Of a stretch of DNA of 64,000 bases, positions 50,590-59,594 are shown in pieces (within the stretch, counting starts at the first letter, position 1; each line of letters begins with the position of its first letter). Source of the stretch: an uncultured Candidatus Poseidoniales archaeon (GTDB lineage Archaea > Thermoplasmatota > Poseidoniia > Poseidoniales > Thalassarchaeaceae); the NCBI GenBank assembly GCA_964386765.1, contig CAYLUC010000002.1, forward strand, positions 2,202 through 66,201. Reading direction: 5' to 3'. The position numbers and the translations under genes were made by a program. A model generated the notes under the pieces. That model was not told where the DNA came from and ran no database searches. It saw only the letters and a list, made by a program, of their open reading frames with translations.

Positions 50590-51520
50590 CTCCCGTATCT
50601 TTCCCCTCAGAATCGAGGTATGGGAGTTCACTTTCTTCATTTGAGACTTCGTCCTTTCCTTCTTGCATGTATTTGGAATGCAAGACGAATGGTACAATCA
50701 GGCATGCCAGGGGCATTGAGGCCACTAGAATGGTCGCAGTAAATTTCGGTATGTTCACCCGTTCTTCCACATCAATGAGGACCTCCACATCAATTGCGCC
50801 CCCTGCGGCCTTGTTGTCGGTGTGCCTCCCATTGTCCCATCCGTCAATTACTAGGAAGTACTCCATGCCTGCGTCTCCAAGTGATGATGACCAAACAGAA
50901 CCCATGGAGTCAATAGCTACTGAGAACTCCTCTTCGGAAACACGCTCATATGCGTGTGAATCGCGGAAAGGCAACCAGTCCACAGTGTCCCTCCATTCGA
51001 CTGGCAAGAAGTCATCTTCCCACAGGTTCTCCATTCTTAGCTCATATTCCCATCCGTAACGGTCCCAGTCCCCTCCTGTCATCAGGTACACGTCTCCCAC
51101 TGGCTCCAGAGGGGTATCGTCCAAGTTGGGGGTCATTTTGATGCAGAATGTGTATCTGTAACCTGGGACCAGTTGCATTTTCAGGGCTGCTGAACTGTCA
51201 TTTTCTATTGTGGTCTCCCAGTATACATCCAAATCGAGTGGCCGCAGGGAATCCTCTCCGTACCCCCAGTTCCAGTAAGTCTCTACGCCGTGTTCTTCGA
51301 CATACTTATCCACGTCAGGAGGATTTGTCGCCGAAACCTCGCATGAATTCGCAGCAACTGCCGAGGGTGATGATAGTATTACAATCATCAAAAGGACGGA
51401 TGGCGAGATGAAACTCAGATTGACGATAGATGCGATGGACTTGTTTGAAATCAGTGCCAATCTAACGCCTCCTTGTTCTGATGGGCCGTACGTACCCCGA
51501 CTCCCTTGTCCTGCGCTCAT
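50582..51520 (-). CDS. secreted or surface protein with a signal peptide and a C-terminal TM anchor plus acidic tail
   Basis: 312 aa. N-terminal hydrophobic signal (SVLLMIVILSSPSAVAANS), a Trp/Asp/Glu-rich ectodomain, a C-terminal TM (FTATILVASMPLACLIVPFVL) and a charged tail. The start is uncertain: the ORF start overlaps the end of the upstream gene by 59 bp, and the internal ATG at 51391 is an alternative. Confidence 0.55.
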   Translation of the reverse strand: MSAGQGSRGTYGPSEQGGVRLALISNKSIASIVNLSFISPSVLLMIVILSSPSAVAANSCEVSATNPPDVDKYVEEHGVETYWNWGYGEDSLRPLDLDVYWETTIENDSSAALKMQLVPGYRYTFCIKMTPNLDDTPLEPVGDVYLMTGGDWDRYGWEYELRMENLWEDDFLPVEWRDTVDWLPFRDSHAYERVSEEEFSVAIDSMGSVWSSSLGDAGMEYFLVIDGWDNGRHTDNKAAGGAIDVEVLIDVEERVNIPKFTATILVASMPLACLIVPFVLHSKYMQEGKDEVSNEESELPYLDSEGKDTGVS

Positions 51521-54500
51521 CCACTGTCAGATATTTCGGTTGTGGTGGTGGCTTGTGCTGATCCATTCCGGGGAGCCCCCCATCACTTTCGACCTCATCG
51601 ACCTCGTAAGTTTCCAGCATGTCCTCTGCATCCAACTCCTCCTCGTCCTTCTGGCGCATTATGACCCATCCCAGGACCATGACCAATGCAACTAATGTGA
51701 GAAGCCCTGCACTTTCCTTGTTCGGAACCAGGTCGGACCAAGTCAGGTCAGATAGGGAAAGAGGGGCTAAATCCTCTTCCTCCGTGAGGACAATTACGAC
51801 GAATTCCATCTCTGAGCAAACTTCAACGCCGTCACAAACCTGCATGAGTATTCGAACCTCGCCCATGCTGTTCCAAGACTGCGAACTCCAGCCCCAATCG
51901 TTTCTTGGGTCTCCATCACCATCGAAGTCCAGAGCGACATTTAGGTCCCATCTGACAACTAGGTCGCCCGTTAAATCACGGTCCATGTCATTGGTAGGGT
52001 CTCCATCTTCATCACTGTCTATTGAAGAATCAGAATCCAACCATGCGGAAATCCCCTCTTCTAAATCGGAATCGAACACCGAATAGTTGAGAATCACGGC
52101 ATCGCCGATATTAACATAGTCGGATCCAATGGGATTCATCTCCTCTATCACAGGTGCCCTGGAAACATGTACTAACATAGTGGTGGAATTAGTCTCTCCA
52201 CCTTCAAATCCATCTACGACTGTCAGAGTCACAACGTATGTCCCTGGGAGGTCATAGTCATGCCAAACTACAGCTCCCTCGACAATTGGCGTGGCATCAC
52301 CGAAGTCCCAAATCCAATGCGTAATGCCATTCCACTCTGGATCTTCTTGATCCGTAGAAGTCCTCCCCACGAAGAGTGGGTCGGAGTCGTAACTCCCAGA
52401 ACCGTCGAATCTAATTGGGGTCTCGGGGGCGACGAATGCGTCCCCATCGCCCGTCTGGGGAATCTGCCAGATTACTGCCTCACCATCCACTGGTTCCCTG
52501 TCAAGAAGACTCCCATTCACACTCGGACACGAGTATGTAAGTTCTGGAACTGGTGCCGGATTCTGTATCCTTAGGGAGTAGGACTTGGTCGCTGATGACA
52601 GTCCTCGTTCGTCTGTTACTGTCAGACTTACGGTGTAGAGGCCGGGGCTTAGGAATGTGTGACTAACAGAACTCGCATTCATTATTGGCGCATCTAAATC
52701 AGAGATATTCCAAGATGTGGATAGTAGGGAAGTGTCTCCGTCTGGATCAAATGAAAGGCTAGTGAATGTGTATGTTGTCTCCACAGTCCCATCAGAAGGC
52801 CTAGAGAAAACAGCTACCGGCCTTTGATTTAGGACGTTAACCACTATTGTTGTGAATGAGGAGTTTCCATCGTCATCAGTTACCTCCAGAGTCACAGTTT
52901 TCGCACCTGGTTCTCTCCAACCGACTACTGGATTACTGAGACTCGACTCAGTGGATGAGAAGTCTGATGTCAGTGACATGCCCCCTCCCTCTAGGTTAAC
53001 GCCGCCCTCAAATTGCCAGTTGTACTCTACAATCATGCCGTCGCTGTCTGTGAATACCTCGGGCATTTCCAGTGGAGTGAGGGTGAATGTCTCCAGAGGC
53101 TCATCGAAAATAAGCTTGGGAAGTCTGTTCAGAACTCTAATGAAAATCGAGTGCTCAACCTCATGAATTCCATCATTAACTGTGAGTGTCAGTGTGTAGA
53201 CGATCCCATCCGCACTACCATCTACCCATGAATGACTCGATTCCGCCAGCCCGACTCCTGAAACCCCTTCTCCATCCCCCCAGTCCCAGCTGAATTGCAA
53301 TTCATCAATGGGGAGGTTGTCCGTAGTTCCCCTGGCTGAGAATTCAACCTGTTGGTTTGTTAGGAGTACTAATTCGTCCGTGACTACCACACCGTCAACT
53401 GAAATCTCGGGAATCGGGTCAGATGTGTCTTGAACTACCACTTCCCAGGACTGGCTCTCTGAGAAGTAACCGCCCTGATCCATCACAGTCAGGACAATAG
53501 TGTACTCCCCCGGGTTGACGTATGGGTGTACAGGATTTTTCAGTCCTGAGGAAATGTTGTCTCCAAGGTCCCAGAAGTATCCGACTGGGGTTTCATTATG
53601 GGAGAAAGTGCCATTCAACTGTCCGAACCCCCATTCGTCATAACCTGAACCAAACATATTGACAGGTAGCCATGTCTGGGTTAGATTCGTCGAAATGGAT
53701 CCAGAGGCAACCGGCTCCATATTGGCCAACTCAACTGGAAGGGCGAAGGCTTGGTCGACCATCGCTCCAGTCACGTCGCTGATGCTAACTCCAAATGTCC
53801 AGTCTCCGGTGTGAGGTGGAGTGAACCAGACGGTTTTTTCAGTTGGAATACTGTTCCCCGCAGTCGCAGAGAAAACTAGGTTGTCGACTAGGGTGTTATT
53901 CACAAACGCGTCAACCGAAACTTCCAGGACTTCGAAGAACGCATTAGAAACTATGTCCAAATTCAACTCGACACTATCATCGACGCCATTGCCATCCCTG
54001 TCGAATGAGTCAATGGTATTTATCGAAACTTCGGCGGGATCGGTTATCAATCCAGCTTGTACCACTACGGATGCGGAGGGATAACTTCCAGTGGTGATGC
54101 CACAGGTCATGTAGTTGTAGTCACAGTCGTCTACCGCCGACTCGAACCAAGTAGTGAGCCAAACTTCGTCAGTAGTGTTCCCGAATCCATGAACTAGTCC
54201 CGTTGCTGCACCCGTTGCTGGATCTATCCTGAGCCTGCTCATCGACCAACTCCCCGTTGCAGAGTCACGGGAGAGGACCGCTCCTTCGAAGCCGAATTGT
54301 GTTGGTTGAACCATCAGGTTAAGAGGGGCTCCAGAACCCTGGTTGAACTTGTATGCCCTGATTCCCCAGCCCTCCACAGATTGGCTAGGGCTAGACCACG
54401 AGTTGACCCACTGGTCGTTGAATCCACTCATCTGAACCCTGCAGATAGAAGCAGCAATACACCCAGCAGTCAAGTCTAGATTGGAGAATCCAAAGGCGCC

Positions 54501-55565
54501 TTGTGCGCTATCAATCGAAACTGCCATGGAAAAGTTGGCGAATATGTCGCTCATGGTGGTCCCTATTGACGTGGACCCCGGCTCGGGGTTGCTGGCTAAG
54601 TTCTCGATTCCCGTTCCACCAGTTGCAGTGTCTGCAATCAGGGCCCTTATTGCGGCACCACCACCTAGTTTGTCAGCCAGGTACATCATGAACATGAATC
54701 CGGCTCCATAATCAGCAATTCTCTGGTTCCACCACCTTACACTCAAGTTCGAATTCTGCGACCATTCGTTAGCATGTCCTGTCAGTGTACTGGTAACGCC
54801 AAAGCAGAGGTAGGCAGCCATATCGGCGGCCCCCTCATCTATCCAGATGAATTCATACGGGTCCCTGGCGTTATGGAGGAGGTGTTGGAACTCGTGTGCT
54901 AGGATGGTGTTCCTCCAACTGAGGTCATCAACATCTACGAAAACCGCTTCCCTCGTTGATGCAAGTCCTGGAACGAAATAGCCGCCTACTGATGCAGCAC
55001 CGTCTATGGAGAGGAGAACAATCTCTATCTGGCAATTATTGTCTACATCGGGAGGCGTTCCGAAGTAGTTCGTATCGGTGGGGAAAATAGTTGACTCCCA
55101 TGTTGAGGTAATGTCGTTCAGGGTGGTCGACGGCACAATCTCACCATCCTCGACGAAAACTACAGAGTTCGTCGAAACTTTCTGTACGGTGGCGGAAATA
55201 GTTCCACTTGCTGTGGAGATGGTGTCAGTATCCCCCTGGCTCCATGCAGCTTCGCAATTTCTGACTGAGTGCCTGGAATTCTGGTATGACTGGGAGAATG
55301 GTAGCACTACTCCGGGGTATCCCTCCTCAACCCACTGCCTCTTCAGGAATCCCGTAGCTGAGAATATCGGTTCTTCGTCACCAGCAAACATGTATTGCTT
55401 GCCCTCAATAGGGGGGACGAAATCCGACAGATCACCCGTGATTTCAATGCTTACTGGGACCTCATCTGCAGGAATCGCGCCGACGACTGGAGAAAGGCTG
55501 GCTAGAAGCATCACTGAAACAATCATGACCGCCGAAGAGGATGAGTTGCTGTGTTTCCGGCCCAT
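51462..55565 (-). CDS. Large secreted zinc metalloprotease with at least five PKD repeats and a C-terminal TM anchor
   Basis: The start is at the signal-peptide Met (MGRKHSNSSSSAVMIVSVMLLASL, 55565). The zinc motif is ILAHEFQHLLHN...EGAAD. PKD-type repeats include FWDLGDNISSGLKNPVHPYVNPGEYTIVLTVMDQGG, FSWDWGDGEG...YTLTLTVNDG, WIWDFGDATP...GTYVVTLTVVDG and two others. C-terminal TM GLLTLVALVMVLGWVIM plus an acidic-then-basic tail ending RTRRR. Confidence 0.8.
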   Translation of the reverse strand: MGRKHSNSSSSAVMIVSVMLLASLSPVVGAIPADEVPVSIEITGDLSDFVPPIEGKQYMFAGDEEPIFSATGFLKRQWVEEGYPGVVLPFSQSYQNSRHSVRNCEAAWSQGDTDTISTASGTISATVQKVSTNSVVFVEDGEIVPSTTLNDITSTWESTIFPTDTNYFGTPPDVDNNCQIEIVLLSIDGAASVGGYFVPGLASTREAVFVDVDDLSWRNTILAHEFQHLLHNARDPYEFIWIDEGAADMAAYLCFGVTSTLTGHANEWSQNSNLSVRWWNQRIADYGAGFMFMMYLADKLGGGAAIRALIADTATGGTGIENLASNPEPGSTSIGTTMSDIFANFSMAVSIDSAQGAFGFSNLDLTAGCIAASICRVQMSGFNDQWVNSWSSPSQSVEGWGIRAYKFNQGSGAPLNLMVQPTQFGFEGAVLSRDSATGSWSMSRLRIDPATGAATGLVHGFGNTTDEVWLTTWFESAVDDCDYNYMTCGITTGSYPSASVVVQAGLITDPAEVSINTIDSFDRDGNGVDDSVELNLDIVSNAFFEVLEVSVDAFVNNTLVDNLVFSATAGNSIPTEKTVWFTPPHTGDWTFGVSISDVTGAMVDQAFALPVELANMEPVASGSISTNLTQTWLPVNMFGSGYDEWGFGQLNGTFSHNETPVGYFWDLGDNISSGLKNPVHPYVNPGEYTIVLTVMDQGGYFSESQSWEVVVQDTSDPIPEISVDGVVVTDELVLLTNQQVEFSARGTTDNLPIDELQFSWDWGDGEGVSGVGLAESSHSWVDGSADGIVYTLTLTVNDGIHEVEHSIFIRVLNRLPKLIFDEPLETFTLTPLEMPEVFTDSDGMIVEYNWQFEGGVNLEGGGMSLTSDFSSTESSLSNPVVGWREPGAKTVTLEVTDDDGNSSFTTIVVNVLNQRPVAVFSRPSDGTVETTYTFTSLSFDPDGDTSLLSTSWNISDLDAPIMNASSVSHTFLSPGLYTVSLTVTDERGLSSATKSYSLRIQNPAPVPELTYSCPSVNGSLLDREPVDGEAVIWQIPQTGDGDAFVAPETPIRFDGSGSYDSDPLFVGRTSTDQEDPEWNGITHWIWDFGDATPIVEGAVVWHDYDLPGTYVVTLTVVDGFEGGETNSTTMLVHVSRAPVIEEMNPIGSDYVNIGDAVILNYSVFDSDLEEGISAWLDSDSSIDSDEDGDPTNDMDRDLTGDLVVRWDLNVALDFDGDGDPRNDWGWSSQSWNSMGEVRILMQVCDGVEVCSEMEFVVIVLTEEEDLAPLSLSDLTWSDLVPNKESAGLLTLVALVMVLGWVIMRQKDEEELDAEDMLETYEVDEVESDGGLPGMDQHKPPPQPKYLTVDERRTRESGYVRPIRTRRR

Positions 55566-55644
55566 ATCGCTCAACACTCCGTGTTGTATCCAGTATCTAT
55601 CGGTCCTAAGACGTATTTTAACATCGATGGAGCATCGTTCGTAC

Positions 55645-56664
55645 ATGAGTCACGCGGGCCGACCTCGCATCCGCCCCCTCATGCTCGTAATTGTGCTCAT
55701 CTTGTCTTTATCCAGCTCATCATTTGGATCTGCAGCAGAGGATGAAGAATTTGAGTTAGAAGTTGTTGTTATTGATGAAATACCACATGACCCGGGAGCT
55801 TTCACACAGGGGCTTGAGATGTATGAAGGAAGGATGTTCGAGAGTACGGGCTTGTTCGGAGAATCAACTCTGAGGGAAGTGGACCCATTTTCGGGAGATG
55901 TCTTGAGGTTTGCAAGTTTAGAAGCGTCTCTTTTCGGAGAAGGGATAGCTGTGGTGGGAGACAAAATTTTCATGCTCACATGGCAAAATAATACGGCCCT
56001 AGTTTTTGATAAAGAGACGTTCAGCATCATTCGTAATTTGTCATATGAGGGGGAAGGATGGGGCCTCTGTTTTGACGGGTCAAGTTTGGTCATGTCCAAT
56101 GGGTCCTCTTCACTTTCCTTCAGGGATCCCGAAACATTCGAAATTTCCCGCACAGTTACCATCACTGATAACCATGGAAATCAGGTGGAAATGATAAACG
56201 AGCTAGAGTGCGTAACAACGCCATCCGGGCAGAGTATTTTCGCGAATGTTTGGCAGGAAGACAGAATCCTGATGATAGATCCAATTTCAGGCAATGTGTT
56301 GAGGGAGTATGATGCGTCATTCCTTTCTTCAGAGAATGGGGTTGAACACAACAATGTCTTGAATGGAATCGCCCATAGGGGGTCCTCAGAATTCTGGATT
56401 ACTGGTAAGAACTGGACTTCGATGTACTTGGTGGATTTGCCCATGTCTATTGAGATGGATGAAAACTCCTGCCATTCGTCCTGCTTGATTGAAAGAGAAA
56501 TTTTGGAAAATTGGCCACTTCTACTATTTGCATTGGCGGGAATTACAATTTTCAAGTTCGCTACCTCGAAGGATGGTGAGGAGGAAGGGTCCAATAATCG
56601 GCATGATGAACAGCCTAGCACCACACCGACTATGCAACGAAGGGGGGTGGACGACAATGAGTGA
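55645..56664 (+). CDS. Glutaminyl-peptide cyclotransferase (plant/bacterial-type glutamine cyclase, beta-propeller) with signal peptide and C-terminal TM anchor
   Basis: HDPGAFTQGLEMYEGRMFESTGLFGESTLREVDPFSGDVL...LFGEGIAVVGDKIFMLTWQNNTALVFDKETF matches the Glu_cyclase_2 family. N-terminal signal MSHAGRPRIRPLMLVIVLILSL. C-terminal TM WPLLLFALAGITIFKF plus an acidic tail. The N-terminal part of the 55078 ORF-track model is antisense to the protease gene and is excluded. Confidence 0.8.
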   Translation: MSHAGRPRIRPLMLVIVLILSLSSSSFGSAAEDEEFELEVVVIDEIPHDPGAFTQGLEMYEGRMFESTGLFGESTLREVDPFSGDVLRFASLEASLFGEGIAVVGDKIFMLTWQNNTALVFDKETFSIIRNLSYEGEGWGLCFDGSSLVMSNGSSSLSFRDPETFEISRTVTITDNHGNQVEMINELECVTTPSGQSIFANVWQEDRILMIDPISGNVLREYDASFLSSENGVEHNNVLNGIAHRGSSEFWITGKNWTSMYLVDLPMSIEMDENSCHSSCLIEREILENWPLLLFALAGITIFKFATSKDGEEEGSNNRHDEQPSTTPTMQRRGVDDNE

Positions 56665-57412
56665 CGAATATGAGGAAGAAATCGATAGAAGATCCGGTAT
56701 GGAATTATGGCTTTCCGATCTTTCAACCGACTCGGCCACTCGGAATCTTGGCGCCTTTCTTATTGCATTAGGGAGCCTCCTTGGTGTAATCGTCGGAATT
56801 ATGCTAATTTCTGGTAATGTAAGCGATATTCTATCGGGTGAGATAGACGACTCTGGGGCACAAGCAGATGTGAATGGCATAGTTATTGCCGCTTTAGTGG
56901 ATAATACTACGGGTGCAGATCCAGTAGATGGTGTCAACGTGATCATTTATGACGATCTGGGAATAGAAATTGGAAGTGATTTGACCGACTCTGGTGGGAG
57001 GTTTTCTATCACCGATTTGCCTCGCAGATCTTCCATGCTGGAAGTCGCGCACCCGGGAAATGTAACAATTCACATATTGCTGATTCCAGGGGACTACTCG
57101 CAAATTTCAGTTACACTTACCCAGGGGGATGGGATTGAAACTTCTGATATTAGGGGTGATAGCCATTTGGGGGAGTCAGTCCTAATAGGGACCATAGTAG
57201 CCCTCTTGACTCTATTTTCCGGATTGGCTGGATTGGCCGGGTCCGTCGAGGCGAGAAAGGGACTCAGTTACAGGAGAACATGGTGGCTTTCCTTCATTGG
57301 ACTATGGAGCAGGGGGCTGATGTTTATCGGTCCACTATTCATATTGTCTGGAATGGGTCTCGCCAGTCTTTCCAAAAGTCAGTTCTACGACGTTTATTCG
57401 AAGGAAGAGTGA
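56657..57412 (+). CDS. membrane protein with a carboxypeptidase-regulatory-like beta-sandwich domain flanked by TM helices
   Basis: 8-bp overlap with the cyclase gene stop. TM1 LGAFLIALGSLLGVIVGIMLI, the domain segment GIVIAALVDNTTGADPVDGVNVIIYDDLGIEIGSDLTDSGGRFSITDL, and two more C-terminal TM segments. Confidence 0.55.
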   Translation: MSDEYEEEIDRRSGMELWLSDLSTDSATRNLGAFLIALGSLLGVIVGIMLISGNVSDILSGEIDDSGAQADVNGIVIAALVDNTTGADPVDGVNVIIYDDLGIEIGSDLTDSGGRFSITDLPRRSSMLEVAHPGNVTIHILLIPGDYSQISVTLTQGDGIETSDIRGDSHLGESVLIGTIVALLTLFSGLAGLAGSVEARKGLSYRRTWWLSFIGLWSRGLMFIGPLFILSGMGLASLSKSQFYDVYSKEE

Positions 57413-57418
57413 TTCCGC

Positions 57419-58759
57419 ATGTATCTGATCACTATAGAGGGTGGTGATGGCAGCGGAAAGGGTCTTGCAACCCGTGTTGTTTCCGATGTAATGGGGAAGG
57501 AATTCCCCTTTGTTTCAGTTGAGGTGACTGGGGAGCCAAGAAGGGAGCACCCACTTGGGAGACTCGCAATCGATGCGGTCAGAGAGAAGAAAATGTCCCC
57601 TGACGAGGAGGCCGGGTTATTCGCTGCAGACAGGGTGGACCATTCACATGGCTGGATACTGCCCCGTCTCGAGCAAGGCAAGGCAGTTGTTAGCGAGAGA
57701 AACATCCACTCTTCACTCGTCTACCAGGGGCTCGTTGGGGGGGCCGGGGTGGATCGAGTTGCCCACATGAACTCAGCCGCCCTTATTCCGGATCTATGCA
57801 TCTGGGTGGATTGTGATCCAGATGTGGCGTTAAAACGCATAAAGAGTGGAACTCTGAGGGCGCACTCCAACAAAGAAGAATACTTCGAGACCACCGAATT
57901 ACAAAGAAAAATCAGAGATGGATACAGAAAACTTCTCTCAGGAGAAATAGAAATGCCCGTGCCATTTGACATGGGGGGGATTATTGGCCCCATCCTTAAT
58001 GAGGGAACTGAGGACGAATTCAAGAGTCAACTCAAGGCAGCAATAAGGAGGTTCCTTCATTCTCGACCACTTCCCGTAAACGTAGATGTTGAGATAGTCG
58101 ATAGGAACCTATTGAGGGCCCTGATTAGGAGTTCCAGGGGGCAGTCCACACTCGAGGGGCTCGGAGTTGAACCAACGAGCTCGGGGAAAAATTGGTTGGC
58201 TGGGAAAGCCCCTTGGAGAATGATCAATGAGTGCCAGAAGGAGCACAAGTCAGTAATAGAGTCTGTTGCAGAGGGAGAAAGGGTATACGTTCCTAACCAC
58301 GTTCTTTCACATTCAATTTCATCAGTTCTTGGCACGCTATCGCTAATGGGATCCGCCGACGTCAGAGAGCTGCGCCGCTCCTTGGGCCCAGTTAGGACAG
58401 TTTCTGAGAGGCACACGCAGACGATTGTCAAGTATCTACATGAGGGTCTGGGCTGGATTCATCAGCACCGTTCCCTGATTGGTAGGGAGGCCCCTAGGTC
58501 CCAATTGAGGGACGAATTTAGGCCGATGGGAGTGCTTTCGATAGCGATTTGGCCACTAAGGGACGAATTAATCAGGTGGAAGAGGGAAAACCCAACAACC
58601 CATATGCGCTTTTTCATGGGTCAGATTATCAAGTCAGGGAGGTGCCCAGATGCGGTAAATTCGGTTGTAGAAAGGCTAAAGATTCTGGGGAGTGGAAGTG
58701 ATTCATGCGAGGTCCCAGATAACCCGGGAGAACTAGTAAAGTGGTGGATGAATGCCTAG
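57419..58759 (+). CDS. Thymidylate kinase-like N-terminal domain fused to an unknown C-terminal domain of about 240 aa
   Basis: N-terminal ITIEGGDGSGKG (Tmk P-loop EG.DG.GK(S/T), but Gly follows the Lys) and LFAADRVDH (the Tmk DR(Y/H) motif). Residues from about 205 to 446 (NLLRALIRSS...ERLKILGSGSD) have no recognisable family. Confidence 0.7.
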   Translation: MYLITIEGGDGSGKGLATRVVSDVMGKEFPFVSVEVTGEPRREHPLGRLAIDAVREKKMSPDEEAGLFAADRVDHSHGWILPRLEQGKAVVSERNIHSSLVYQGLVGGAGVDRVAHMNSAALIPDLCIWVDCDPDVALKRIKSGTLRAHSNKEEYFETTELQRKIRDGYRKLLSGEIEMPVPFDMGGIIGPILNEGTEDEFKSQLKAAIRRFLHSRPLPVNVDVEIVDRNLLRALIRSSRGQSTLEGLGVEPTSSGKNWLAGKAPWRMINECQKEHKSVIESVAEGERVYVPNHVLSHSISSVLGTLSLMGSADVRELRRSLGPVRTVSERHTQTIVKYLHEGLGWIHQHRSLIGREAPRSQLRDEFRPMGVLSIAIWPLRDELIRWKRENPTTHMRFFMGQIIKSGRCPDAVNSVVERLKILGSGSDSCEVPDNPGELVKWWMNA

Positions 58760-58763
58760 GGAT

Positions 58764-59543
58764 TCACTTCTGTATTAGCTTAGTTCCACCTGGAAGGACT
58801 ACAGTTGATGCCCCTCCTTCAAAACCGCTTGCTCTAGCGCAAAGTGAGGCACTAACAAACCACCCAATGACCAGGCCCGATAATATCCCGGTAACTAGCC
58901 TCACTGGATTCGTGGATTCGTAATCAGTGCCCAGCTGTGTGAAACCATCTATCGCCATTGGAATAATGCCCAATCCAAGAATTATCGCCATATTCCTCAT
59001 TCTGTAGTCGTTTGCATATGTCGATTCCAGGGCATCATCTGGAAAAACAGATAGGAAGGTGTCCCTAATAGTCCATCTGTTTAGCCCCCTCGAGCCAAAT
59101 AATGCAACACCAATTACGAAACCAAAGAATATCCCAACGTCCCTGACACAGACTGGCATCTGATTGCCATTTATCGCCCACGACCTCTCATGCTTCTGAT
59201 GGCAATTTAGATCGCCGAAGGCGTAGGTAAATGCGAATATCGGATTTAGTTCCGACCATGCAAAAATCCCTCCATGTTCAGCTTGGTCGTGCCCTACCTC
59301 GTCATTCTCTCCACCATTCGTATTGCCCCAGCTATTTTCCGTGGAATAGTCCAATGCATTGGCCCGTCCAGAGAGTTCGGGCACCGTACCCTCGGGCAAC
59401 GCCATTGGGGAGAGGAAGCAAAGTAGTAGGTAAGTACCGCCAATGCCGGCCATGATCTTAGAAATTTTGACCTCTCTGAGTCTATCGCCCCTGCCGTTTC
59501 TCTCGAGGCCCATGCTTGCCAGACATGGCAATCCAAAGTTCAA
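58764..59543 (-). CDS. DUF2085-like polytopic membrane protein
   Basis: Conserved Cys/His segment (DLNCHQKHERSWAINGNQMPVCVRDVGIFFG) between TM helices, as in DUF2085 (from memory). The start is uncertain; an internal ATG at 59453 is possible. Confidence 0.5.
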   Translation of the reverse strand: MNFGLPCLASMGLERNGRGDRLREVKISKIMAGIGGTYLLLCFLSPMALPEGTVPELSGRANALDYSTENSWGNTNGGENDEVGHDQAEHGGIFAWSELNPIFAFTYAFGDLNCHQKHERSWAINGNQMPVCVRDVGIFFGFVIGVALFGSRGLNRWTIRDTFLSVFPDDALESTYANDYRMRNMAIILGLGIIPMAIDGFTQLGTDYESTNPVRLVTGILSGLVIGWFVSASLCARASGFEGGASTVVLPGGTKLIQK

Positions 59544-59594
59544 TCTTGCCCTTGGGACCCTCTCCCTCTTGAGTGGAGTCCGTTTGGGAGTAAC

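Noticed and set aside
55078-55644. 5' part of the 528-aa plus ORF, and the 55650..56165 minus ORF
   Set aside because: The plus ORF's first 190 codons are antisense to the metalloprotease gene, and homology to glutaminyl cyclase starts only after the signal-peptide Met at 55645. The minus ORF is antisense to the cyclase.
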